Positions 8,741 through 17,467 of a stretch of DNA of 64,000 bases are shown here, one piece after another; the first letter of the stretch is position 1; each line of letters begins with the position of its first letter. The position numbers and the translations under genes were made by a program. Origin of the DNA: an uncultured Rikenellaceae bacterium (GTDB taxonomy: Bacteria; Bacteroidota; Bacteroidia; Bacteroidales; VadinHA17); assembly GCA_964613785.1 (NCBI GenBank), contig CAZTJT010000007.1, forward strand, positions 64,153 through 128,152. Reading direction: 5' to 3'. Under the pieces are notes generated by a model. It was not told where the DNA came from and ran no database searches. It was given only the letters and a program-made list of their open reading frames with translations.

Positions 8741-10588
8741 ATGAGTTTTATGTTCAATCCTGTTGAGTTTGATGATCAGGGAGCAGTAAACAGGATCTCG
8801 CTTGATGAAGAGACAAAAGAATCAGTAATTTCCGGTACAGATAAAGCTGCATTCTTCATTGCAAAACTGCTGGCAGATCTTACGGCAACAAGAAAAAACA
8901 CGGTTATAGCAGCCTTTGACGGATATACAGGCGCTTTGTGGGATCGAAGTTTAAAGTCAATCACAGACAACCTTGAAGCAGGATCCATAAAAACACTCAT
9001 GGAGAATTTTGAGAAGGTTTATAAATCCCGTGACAAACTCGACGAATTATTTACAGATAACCTCCCTTCCGACAGGGAAAAAGACCCTGTCCTTCTTTTT
9101 GGAAAACTGTACAAGGGGTCTTTTAATGAAATTCTGGACGATAAAAAATCCGATGACCTTTTTAAACGGCTTGAGGAAGCAAAGAAACAAACCGGCGGAA
9201 GAAGTGTCATTTTGGTCTATGGATGTGGATGTGCCTTAAAAAGGTTCAGGAATCTGTATGACTATGTTTTTTATTACGATGTTACCCCCAAAAACGTAAT
9301 TACAAGGGCCAGAAAAGGTTTGCTTACAAATTTTGGAGATAATGATCCCAGACCTGTCGATGAATTAATAAGGCGTTTTTATTATGTTGATTATGAAATT
9401 GCTTCGCGGCACCGGTGGGAGCTTCTGAAGGATCATGTTATCGACTTTTATGTCGATAACAACGACCTTTCAAACCTTAAGATCATGCCCGTTAAAGCTC
9501 TAGATAAAATAATGTCGGCACTTGTAAAATATCCCATGAGATGCAAACCTGTCTACCTTGAGGGAGTCTGGGGAGGACAATTTATTAAGAAGCTTCGAAA
9601 CCTTCCATCGTGGGTAAGGAACGTAGCCTGGGCCTACGATCTTATTCCACTGGAAGTGAGCATTGTGGTTGATACAGGCAGAACGAATGTCGAGTTTCCC
9701 TTTTTTACATTCGTTCAGAAAGAGGGTTTAAATCTGATGGGAGAGTATTGCCATAAAACCTTCAACGGTTATTTCCCCATAAGGTTCAATTACGACGACA
9801 CTTACCACAGCAGCGGTAATATGTCGGTGCAGGTCCATTCAGGACACCTCTACAATGTTGAGAATTTTGGTGAGCACGGAAGACAGGACGAGGGATACTA
9901 TGTGGTTGTCACAGGTCACGGAGCAAAAACATTTGCTGGATTCAAAGAAGATGCCGACGTTGATGAATTTCTCAGCAAGGTAAAGAAATCGGAAAAGGAG
10001 TACACGGTTGTCGATTACGAAAAGTACATTAATCATATAACATCCTTTCCCGGGCTGCAGGTACTTTTACCTGCCGGTACAGTTCACGCATCGGGACGAA
10101 ATCAGGTGGTACTTGAAACCGGGAGCCTTACAGTAGGCTCTTATACTTATAAATTATATGATTACCTGCGTCCGGACCTTAACGGCAAACCAAGACCGAT
10201 ACATACCTGGCACGGGGAAAGGGTTTTACGGAAAGAGAGGAAATCGAACTGGGTTAAGGAAAACCTTATTAGACCTCCTGTCCTCCTGCGACAAGGTGAA
10301 GGATGGGCTGAATATATTATCGGTGAACATGACCTTCTTTATTTCAGCATCAGACGACTTGAATTCATCAAAGAAATTGAGGATGATACCAGAGGTATGT
10401 TTCATGTACTTACACTTGTCGACGGAGAGAAAGTTATAATTCAGTCCGCGGAAAATCCTGAATTTTCTTATGAGCAAAATTTCCTCGACATAGTCATTGT
10501 GCCTGCAAATATGGGAAGGTATTTTGTTAAAAACACAGGCGATCAACCGGTTTGTATTCATAAGACATTGATAATACAGAATACTTAA
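8741..10588 (+). CDS. Cytoplasmic protein with a C-terminal type I phosphomannose-isomerase-like cupin domain and an unassigned N-terminal domain
   Basis: 615-aa ORF with no signal peptide. PVYLEGVWGGQFI, NMSVQVHSGH and LPAGTVHASG match the WGG, QVH and HA blocks of class I mannose-6-phosphate isomerases. The first ~260 aa carry no motif I can name. Confidence 0.6.
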   Translation: MSFMFNPVEFDDQGAVNRISLDEETKESVISGTDKAAFFIAKLLADLTATRKNTVIAAFDGYTGALWDRSLKSITDNLEAGSIKTLMENFEKVYKSRDKLDELFTDNLPSDREKDPVLLFGKLYKGSFNEILDDKKSDDLFKRLEEAKKQTGGRSVILVYGCGCALKRFRNLYDYVFYYDVTPKNVITRARKGLLTNFGDNDPRPVDELIRRFYYVDYEIASRHRWELLKDHVIDFYVDNNDLSNLKIMPVKALDKIMSALVKYPMRCKPVYLEGVWGGQFIKKLRNLPSWVRNVAWAYDLIPLEVSIVVDTGRTNVEFPFFTFVQKEGLNLMGEYCHKTFNGYFPIRFNYDDTYHSSGNMSVQVHSGHLYNVENFGEHGRQDEGYYVVVTGHGAKTFAGFKEDADVDEFLSKVKKSEKEYTVVDYEKYINHITSFPGLQVLLPAGTVHASGRNQVVLETGSLTVGSYTYKLYDYLRPDLNGKPRPIHTWHGERVLRKERKSNWVKENLIRPPVLLRQGEGWAEYIIGEHDLLYFSIRRLEFIKEIEDDTRGMFHVLTLVDGEKVIIQSAENPEFSYEQNFLDIVIVPANMGRYFVKNTGDQPVCIHKTLIIQNT

Positions 10589-10598
10589 AAAAAACACC

Positions 10599-11495
10599 AT
10601 GAAGAATCAAATCTCACGAAGGACTTTTCTCCGCAATGCTTCCATCGCCGGTCAGGTGGTCTTTATGGCCGGCTGTGTAACCCCAGATCCGGACGAAAAG
10701 AAAACCATGGTCATCAACAAAACCCCTTTAAAGATTGGTTTGATGACATACCTCCTTGGGAAGGACTGGAATATTGAGACCCTAATCAAAAACTGCACTG
10801 ATGCCGGTTTCCAGTCAGTTGAGCTAAGGACCACTCATGCCCATGGCGTTGAAGTAACACTATCTGCATCAGAGCGAGCTGAAGTAAGGAAACGCTTTGA
10901 AGATTCGTCCCTTGAAACCATAAGCCTTGCCAGTGCATTCCAGTACCATTCTCCTGACAAAGCCGAGCTGAGGAAAAACATTGAAGGAACGAAAGAATAT
11001 GTTCTCCTTGCCAGGGATGTAGGCGCCACCGGAATAAGAGTCTTCCCTAACGCTTTTCCTGAAGGTGTGCCAAGGGAAAAAACAATGGAACAAATTGGCA
11101 AAGCGCTTGCCGTGGTTGGTGACTTCGGAAATGATCAAGGTGTAGAAATTCGCGTATGCGTACATGGACAGGGAACAAATTCTGTTGACGTGATAAAGAA
11201 AATCATCGACTATTCAAACAGTCGGAATGTTTTTGTAAACTGGAACTGTAATTCTTCTGACAATGAAGGAGGAGGGCTTGAACACAATTTCAATCTTGTT
11301 AAAGAACGTATCAGGGGCGTACACATGCATGATCTCCACGATGACTCATATCCCTACCGTCAATTCCTGCAGCTTCTGTCCAACTCTGGTTATAAAGGAT
11401 ACTGCAATGCAGAAATAGAAAGGGTGAGCTGTGAGCCCGTTGAATACATGAAACTATACAGAGGCCTTTTCCTTGCTTTACAGAATGCCATCTGA
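10599..11495 (+). CDS. Tat-exported xylose-isomerase-like TIM-barrel protein (sugar phosphate isomerase/epimerase family)
   Basis: 298-aa ORF. SRRTFLRNASIAGQVVFMAGC is a Tat motif ending in a lipobox Cys. GFQSVELRT and the overall pattern fit the AP-endonuclease-2/xylose-isomerase TIM-barrel family. Confidence 0.8.
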   Translation: MKNQISRRTFLRNASIAGQVVFMAGCVTPDPDEKKTMVINKTPLKIGLMTYLLGKDWNIETLIKNCTDAGFQSVELRTTHAHGVEVTLSASERAEVRKRFEDSSLETISLASAFQYHSPDKAELRKNIEGTKEYVLLARDVGATGIRVFPNAFPEGVPREKTMEQIGKALAVVGDFGNDQGVEIRVCVHGQGTNSVDVIKKIIDYSNSRNVFVNWNCNSSDNEGGGLEHNFNLVKERIRGVHMHDLHDDSYPYRQFLQLLSNSGYKGYCNAEIERVSCEPVEYMKLYRGLFLALQNAI

Positions 11496-11538
11496 CTAGA
11501 AGACATGAACTTCATGCCCGATTTTAAACTGCTTTGAA

Positions 11539-12153
11539 ATGACACGCGCGATAAACATAACATTAATTCTAATTCTGTTCCTTTCCTTCATCATCTCAGC
11601 CTGTAAGGACAAAAAGGAGGGAGAGAAGCGACCATCAGCTGCTCTTAAGGAATCAGAAACGAAAGATGATAATATTTCCGGACTTTCAATTCACGAGGCA
11701 GCACTTAACGGACAGATAAGTACGGTAGTGAGAATCCTTGAATCAGGTATTGATCCGGATACCGCAGATGAAGATGGCCGTACACCACTGATGTATGCAG
11801 CCTATAACGGACATGCAGAGACAATAAAAAAACTAATAGAAAAAGGAGCTTCTGTAAACGTTAATGATCCATACGGCCGGACTCCCTTGATGATGGCTGC
11901 CTCGGGCCCTTATCCCGAGGCAGTAAAAATTTTACTTGATAACAGTGCCGATCCTAATATTGCTGACCGTCAGGAACATTTCACCGCACTCATGTTCGCT
12001 GCTGCCGAGGGACAACTTGATGTGGTAAGGATCTTACTGGCATACAGGGCAGATCCCTCACTCAGGGATGTTGATGGAGACGATGCACTTACCTTTGCGC
12101 GGAACAACGGACATAAAGCTATTTCAGACCTCCTGGGCTCAGTAAAAAAATAG
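11539..12153 (+). CDS. Ankyrin-repeat lipoprotein
   Basis: 204-aa ORF with lipobox FIISAC. Ankyrin repeats: DGRTPLMYAAYNGH, YGRTPLMMAASGPY, HFTALMFAAAEGQLDVVRILL, DGDDALTFARNNGH. Confidence 0.85.
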   Translation: MTRAINITLILILFLSFIISACKDKKEGEKRPSAALKESETKDDNISGLSIHEAALNGQISTVVRILESGIDPDTADEDGRTPLMYAAYNGHAETIKKLIEKGASVNVNDPYGRTPLMMAASGPYPEAVKILLDNSADPNIADRQEHFTALMFAAAEGQLDVVRILLAYRADPSLRDVDGDDALTFARNNGHKAISDLLGSVKK

Positions 12154-12161
12154 AAGATATT

Positions 12162-14375
12162 ATGAAAAAAGGACGGCTGGAATACATGCCTGTAAGAAAA
12201 ATCCGGATTACTGTTATTTATTTAACAGTACTATGCCTTGGACTACTTACTTTGTCTCTAATCTACGGATGTAGAGGAAAGAAAACCTTAATAATCAGCT
12301 GCGCGGAAAACAATGACCTTGTCCTTACGTTAAAGTCAAATGGCATCAGATTTTCAAGATTTGATTCTCCTGCCCAGGCAGTTGAAAATGCTCCTGATGG
12401 TTCAGGTGTTTTAATACTGTCAGACGAATATCCGATAAAAACGGTTGCTGTCGATTCATTACTTTATCAAAAAGCCTCCGATAAAAATCTAAAATTTTTT
12501 GTTGAGTATCCATCCTATGTTCCGGGCACAAGTATAGGTGAACCCATTCGTACCAGTCTTGAAAGGATTGTAGTTACTACCGATGATTTTAAGAACATCC
12601 CCCGGTTGCAGATCCTCTGCCTTCATGATTGCCACTACCTTCCCATGGCGACAAGTGATCCTATGCTCTCCGTTGGCAGGGTGGCTGGATTCGACCGTGC
12701 AGTATTCGGCCTCGACGATGGAGACTCCAATCCCATACTTTTTAAAATTCAGGATGATATTATGATATCTGCAACCGGACTGAGTTGTTTTATAACAGCA
12801 AGATATGCTCCTGAAGAATCTATAAGATCAATCTGGCTCTATATCCTGAAGCATGTCACCGGTAAAGAGTATCGGGCTGATAAATTTGAATGGGTGTCTG
12901 ATGTTCATCCTTCCTACAAAAGGGATCAGAAGCTGCCTGCTGATGCGGCCCGCAGGGCGGTAGTTAAAGGAATTGACTGGCATACCAATGCCAAACTGCT
13001 GCTTAACAAAGATGGATGGAACGACTATAAGGATCTTTGGAATCTCAATGATTCAAATATCTTAACAACAGTACCATCGGTAAACAATGCCGCCCCTCTG
13101 CCGCTAACAGATCCGGGCGACGGTAGTTTCGGCCTTCTTGAAGGCATTGCTTCAAAAGTGAATCGCGACGGATCACAACCCGCAAGATGGTGGCTAAGAA
13201 GCGACTCCAACGGCGAAAGCTCACTGGCCTTTGCTCTCAGGGCAAAAATGGACGGAGATGAAAGAAGCAAACTTATCGCCGGTAATCTTCTCGACTGGCT
13301 CTATTTCAAATCGGGTCTCTTTCAGAACAATCCTGAGAAACCAAATTTCGGACTGCTTTTCTGGGCTCCCGGAAATGCACAAGCTTTGTATCAGGATAAT
13401 GATATTAAGGCTATCCTTGGATGCATAGGTACTTCAGGCATTTTCGAAACAGACAGGTGGGATGAGGTGCTGGTGAAAAACATTCTCGGCAACTTCAGGA
13501 CAACAGGAAAAAACGGATTCCGTGGTCGCAGGATCGAGAATCCCGATCTAATGAGAGATGGATGGGTCAGCTACTGGAACAGGGATATAGTGCTTCTGCA
13601 ACCACATTATGAAGCATGGACCTGGGCATCATACCTGTGGCTTTATGACAAGACGGGATGGAAACCTCTTCTTGAAAAGGCAAAAAATGGAATTTCATTG
13701 ATGATGCAAGCCTATCCCTACGGATGGCGATGGACCAACGGGATCCAGCAGGAAAGGGGCCGCATGCTTCTTCCTCTGGCCTGGCTGATACGGATTGATG
13801 ACCAGCCGGATTATCGAAAATGGCTCAGCCAGATTGCCGAAGATATTGAAAAAGCTCAGGATGAATCAGGAGCTATCAGGAAAGAGCTGGGCGTACTGGA
13901 ACATGGTGACTATGTGCCTTCAAAGTCAAACGCAGCATACGGGACTGATGAGGCTCCTTTGATCCAGCAGAACGGCGACCCTGTGGCAGACCTTCTGTAC
14001 ACATGCAACTTTACTTTCCTGGGTTTGCATGAGGCATATGCTGCCACAGGCGATGAACAATTTAAACGGATGTCGGACCGACTCGCCGGATTCCTTATAC
14101 GGATACAGGTCAGCAGCGATAAACACACATCCCTTGACGGAGGATGGTTTCGGGCTTTTGATTTCAAAAAATGGGAGTATATGGGATCTAATGCCGACAT
14201 CGGATGGGGAGCATGGTCAATTGAGGCCGGATGGACACAAGCCTGGATATGTTCGGTACTTGCAATGAGAGAACTGGGTACCAACCTGTGGGATATCTCG
14301 AAATACAGTAAGGCCGGAAGAACCTTTAAAAACATACGATCCCAAATGATTCCAGACAGCCTGATCTCAGACTGA
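12162..14375 (+). CDS. Hypothetical exported/lipoprotein, 737 aa, unknown function
   Basis: Long ORF starting 8 nt after the ankyrin gene. Hydrophobic N-terminus ends in LSLIYGC. I can name no catalytic motif. The Trp-rich C-terminal half hints at a glycan-active fold, but that is a guess. Confidence 0.6.
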   Translation: MKKGRLEYMPVRKIRITVIYLTVLCLGLLTLSLIYGCRGKKTLIISCAENNDLVLTLKSNGIRFSRFDSPAQAVENAPDGSGVLILSDEYPIKTVAVDSLLYQKASDKNLKFFVEYPSYVPGTSIGEPIRTSLERIVVTTDDFKNIPRLQILCLHDCHYLPMATSDPMLSVGRVAGFDRAVFGLDDGDSNPILFKIQDDIMISATGLSCFITARYAPEESIRSIWLYILKHVTGKEYRADKFEWVSDVHPSYKRDQKLPADAARRAVVKGIDWHTNAKLLLNKDGWNDYKDLWNLNDSNILTTVPSVNNAAPLPLTDPGDGSFGLLEGIASKVNRDGSQPARWWLRSDSNGESSLAFALRAKMDGDERSKLIAGNLLDWLYFKSGLFQNNPEKPNFGLLFWAPGNAQALYQDNDIKAILGCIGTSGIFETDRWDEVLVKNILGNFRTTGKNGFRGRRIENPDLMRDGWVSYWNRDIVLLQPHYEAWTWASYLWLYDKTGWKPLLEKAKNGISLMMQAYPYGWRWTNGIQQERGRMLLPLAWLIRIDDQPDYRKWLSQIAEDIEKAQDESGAIRKELGVLEHGDYVPSKSNAAYGTDEAPLIQQNGDPVADLLYTCNFTFLGLHEAYAATGDEQFKRMSDRLAGFLIRIQVSSDKHTSLDGGWFRAFDFKKWEYMGSNADIGWGAWSIEAGWTQAWICSVLAMRELGTNLWDISKYSKAGRTFKNIRSQMIPDSLISD

Positions 14376-14559
14376 CTGCTGAGAGAGTTTAAAATAAAGA
14401 TATGCACCTGAGCCAGATTCCTCACTTTTTTATACATTTCACTGTTTTTAAGCTATGATATCGTTAAACAATAATTGAACTTAAAACATCAGTCCACATG
14501 AACACCCTGACTATGGTTATTCTCATTTGATCTGTTTAAATCATAAAATTATAAGCTAT

Positions 14560-14644
14560 ATTACTTTGTGATCCTACGCGTAATCCTTCGTACACCTTAT
14601 TTTTAAATACTTTTCTGCCGCAAAGTATCACAAAGGTCACGGCA
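14560..14644. repeat. Phased-word inverted element, copy 2
   Basis: Left-arm words are CTTTGTG 14564, CTACGCG 14574 and CTTCGTA 14586. Right-arm words are CGCAAAG 14619, CACAAAG 14629 and CACGGCA 14638. It shares a 17-nt identity with copy 1. Confidence 0.75.
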
Positions 14645-14747
14645 ACAATCGGGATAACTGAAGATCACAATGGAAATGAATAAATAAAAGTTAATCAAAC
14701 CTTATACTTTATCGATACTTTATCGGAAAAATTAAAATAATTGTAAG

Positions 14748-17387
14748 ATGAAAAAAAGACTTCTTGTACTAATTGTTTTGTTTTCAATAACTTATTTGAT
14801 GCCTGCGAAGGCCCAGGAATTTCCTTTTCGAAATACTACGCTTCCGGTAGGAGATAGAGTTAATGACATCGTTGCCAGAATGACCCTGAAAGAGAAGGCC
14901 GACCAGCTCCTTTACACTGCACCGGCAATCCCGCGTCTGGGTATACCTTCCTATAACTGGTGGAACGAAGCTCTTCACGGTGTTGCCAGAGCGGGCTTTG
15001 CGACGGTCTTCCCCCAGTCAATCACCATAGCCAATTCGTGGGATGAGGGCCTTATGTATAATGTCGCCTGTGCAATATCTGATGAGGCAAGGGCAAAATA
15101 CCATGAATTCCAGCGAAGAGGCAAGACCGGCATTTACCAGGGACTTACATTCTGGTCACCTAACATAAATATCTTTCGTGATCCGAGATGGGGAAGAGGC
15201 CATGAGACTTACGGAGAGGATCCTTACCTTACAGGAAGGATGGGGTGCCAGTTTGTCAGAGGTATGCAGGGAGATGACACTGTTTACCTTAAAACCGTTG
15301 CTACCGCAAAACACTATGCGGTACACAGTGGCCCTGAGCCCCTCAGGCATTCCTTTAACGCAAAAGTCAGCGAAGTAGACCTCAGGGAGACCTATCTGCC
15401 GGCTTTCAGGGCCCTGGTGGTTGATGCCGGTGTTTACTCCATCATGGGAGCATATAACCTTTTCAGGGATCATCCATGCTGCGCCAACCCTGAATTGTAT
15501 GGAATACTGCGCAATGAATGGGGATTTAAAGGCTATATTGTGTCCGACTGCTGGGCAATATCCGATTTCTATATGTTCAGCAAATATGCAAAAGACCCTG
15601 CAGAAGCTGCCGCCCAAGCAGTAAAGGCAGGTACTGACCTTGAATGCGGAGTCGACTACAAACATCTCTTGGAAGCTATCAACCGCGGACTATTGACCGA
15701 AGAAGATATAAACAGAGCCGTTAAAAGGGTATTTACAGCCAGGTTTAAACTTGGCATGTTCGATCCCGATGATAAAGTCCCATATTCACAGATACCTTTC
15801 TTTGCCAATTGTTCAGATTACAATAATACACTTGCACGAATTGCTGCACAAAAATCAATAGTCCTTCTGAAAAATTCCGATAATATCCTGCCCCTTAACA
15901 GGGAGATTAAAACTCTCGCAGTAATAGGTCCAAATGCTGCTAATTTCGAATCACTGATCGGCAACTACAATGGTATTGCAAAGAATCCCGTAACAGTTCT
16001 TGAAGGAATATGCAACAAGGTTACTCCGGCTACAAGGATCATTTATGCAGAAGGAAGTGACCTGGCAGAGGGAGTGCATAATCTTGAAATCATTCCTTCA
16101 CGCTACCTGCAAACACCTGAAGGAAAACAGGGAGCAACCGGATATTACTATAATAACAGGGATATGAAAGGAGAGCCTGTCTTTACCCGCACCGACGACA
16201 GAATAGACTTTTACTGGGAGCATTTTTCACCATCCCCTGATCTTCCAGACGACGATTTCGGAGTCCGATGGATTACTTACCTCATTCCGCCGGAGACGGG
16301 AAAATACAGCCTGGGAAGCTGGGGATCATCAGCCTATGAGGTATTCCTTGATGGAGAAAAAATAATCTCGGAAAAAAGTGAACATCATGCTTTTCATAAA
16401 GAATACAGGACTGATCTGGAAGCAGGAAGGAAGTATAAAATTGAAGTTTATTACAGGAATTATGCAGGCGATGCTGATATTAAACTTTTATGGGCACGTC
16501 CGCGGCTCAACATCTTGGCTGAGGCAGTAAAAGCTGCAAATGAAGCTGATGCTGTAGTCCTTGTACTGGGATTGTCGCAGCGCCTTGAAGGCGAGGAGAT
16601 GAGTATAAAGATTGACGGATTTCTGGGAGGTGACCGAACAAACCTTAATCTGCCATTAACCCAGGAAAAACTTCTTGATGCAGTAGCTGCTACCGGAAAA
16701 CCGGTTATAGTAGTCTTGATGAACGGCGGAGCCCTTGCAGTGAATAATGCACAGGAGAAAGCTGCGGCACTGTTGCTTGCAGGATACCCCGGACAGGAGG
16801 GTGGAAATGCCGTGGCAGATGTAATTTTTGGCGATTATAACCCTGCAGGCCGACTGCCGGTTACATACTATAAGTCTATAGATCAGATACCAGCTTTTGA
16901 GAATTATGACATGAACGGAAAAACCTACAGATTCTTTACCGGAGAACCCCTCTATCCATTTGGATACGGATTAAGCTATACCAGCTTCAGCTATTCCAAC
17001 CTTACTATTCCTCAAAGGGCTGTTGCAGGAGAAAAAATAAAGGTAAGTGTGAAGGTTACAAACACCGGAAACCGGGATGGAGAAGAGGTGGTCCAGTTAT
17101 ATCTTACCGATGTAAAGGCATCCACTCCACGCCCGATACGACAGCTTGAAGGTTTCGAAAGGATTTTCCTTAAGAAAGGAGAAAGCCGGGTAGTCGAATT
17201 CACACTTGAACCCCGGCAGTTCTCTATAATAAATAGCAGAAACATCAGGGTTATTGAACCAGGTTATTTCACAATTTCCGTGGGAGGGAAACAACCAGGT
17301 TTCAGCGGATACCTCGATCCTCAATGCACCGGGATAATGACAGGGAGAATTAGACTGACCGGAAAGGAAGTGAGGTTTGAAAACTGA
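14748..17387 (+). CDS. Glycoside hydrolase family 3 beta-glucosidase/beta-xylosidase with a PA14 insert
   Basis: 879-aa ORF with a signal peptide. GH3 blocks are NWWNEALHGV, KHYAVHSGPE and GYIVSDCWAI (nucleophile Asp). The PA14-like segment is GATGYYYNNRDMKGEPVFTRTDDRIDFYW. A C-terminal Fn3-like domain follows. Confidence 0.9.
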   Translation: MKKRLLVLIVLFSITYLMPAKAQEFPFRNTTLPVGDRVNDIVARMTLKEKADQLLYTAPAIPRLGIPSYNWWNEALHGVARAGFATVFPQSITIANSWDEGLMYNVACAISDEARAKYHEFQRRGKTGIYQGLTFWSPNINIFRDPRWGRGHETYGEDPYLTGRMGCQFVRGMQGDDTVYLKTVATAKHYAVHSGPEPLRHSFNAKVSEVDLRETYLPAFRALVVDAGVYSIMGAYNLFRDHPCCANPELYGILRNEWGFKGYIVSDCWAISDFYMFSKYAKDPAEAAAQAVKAGTDLECGVDYKHLLEAINRGLLTEEDINRAVKRVFTARFKLGMFDPDDKVPYSQIPFFANCSDYNNTLARIAAQKSIVLLKNSDNILPLNREIKTLAVIGPNAANFESLIGNYNGIAKNPVTVLEGICNKVTPATRIIYAEGSDLAEGVHNLEIIPSRYLQTPEGKQGATGYYYNNRDMKGEPVFTRTDDRIDFYWEHFSPSPDLPDDDFGVRWITYLIPPETGKYSLGSWGSSAYEVFLDGEKIISEKSEHHAFHKEYRTDLEAGRKYKIEVYYRNYAGDADIKLLWARPRLNILAEAVKAANEADAVVLVLGLSQRLEGEEMSIKIDGFLGGDRTNLNLPLTQEKLLDAVAATGKPVIVVLMNGGALAVNNAQEKAAALLLAGYPGQEGGNAVADVIFGDYNPAGRLPVTYYKSIDQIPAFENYDMNGKTYRFFTGEPLYPFGYGLSYTSFSYSNLTIPQRAVAGEKIKVSVKVTNTGNRDGEEVVQLYLTDVKASTPRPIRQLEGFERIFLKKGESRVVEFTLEPRQFSIINSRNIRVIEPGYFTISVGGKQPGFSGYLDPQCTGIMTGRIRLTGKEVRFEN

Positions 17388-17467
17388 GAAGATGAGAGCA
17401 AGACTCGGGAGACAACTTAATATTAAACACAGAGATCAATTTAATATTTTACTCAGGATCTGAATTT

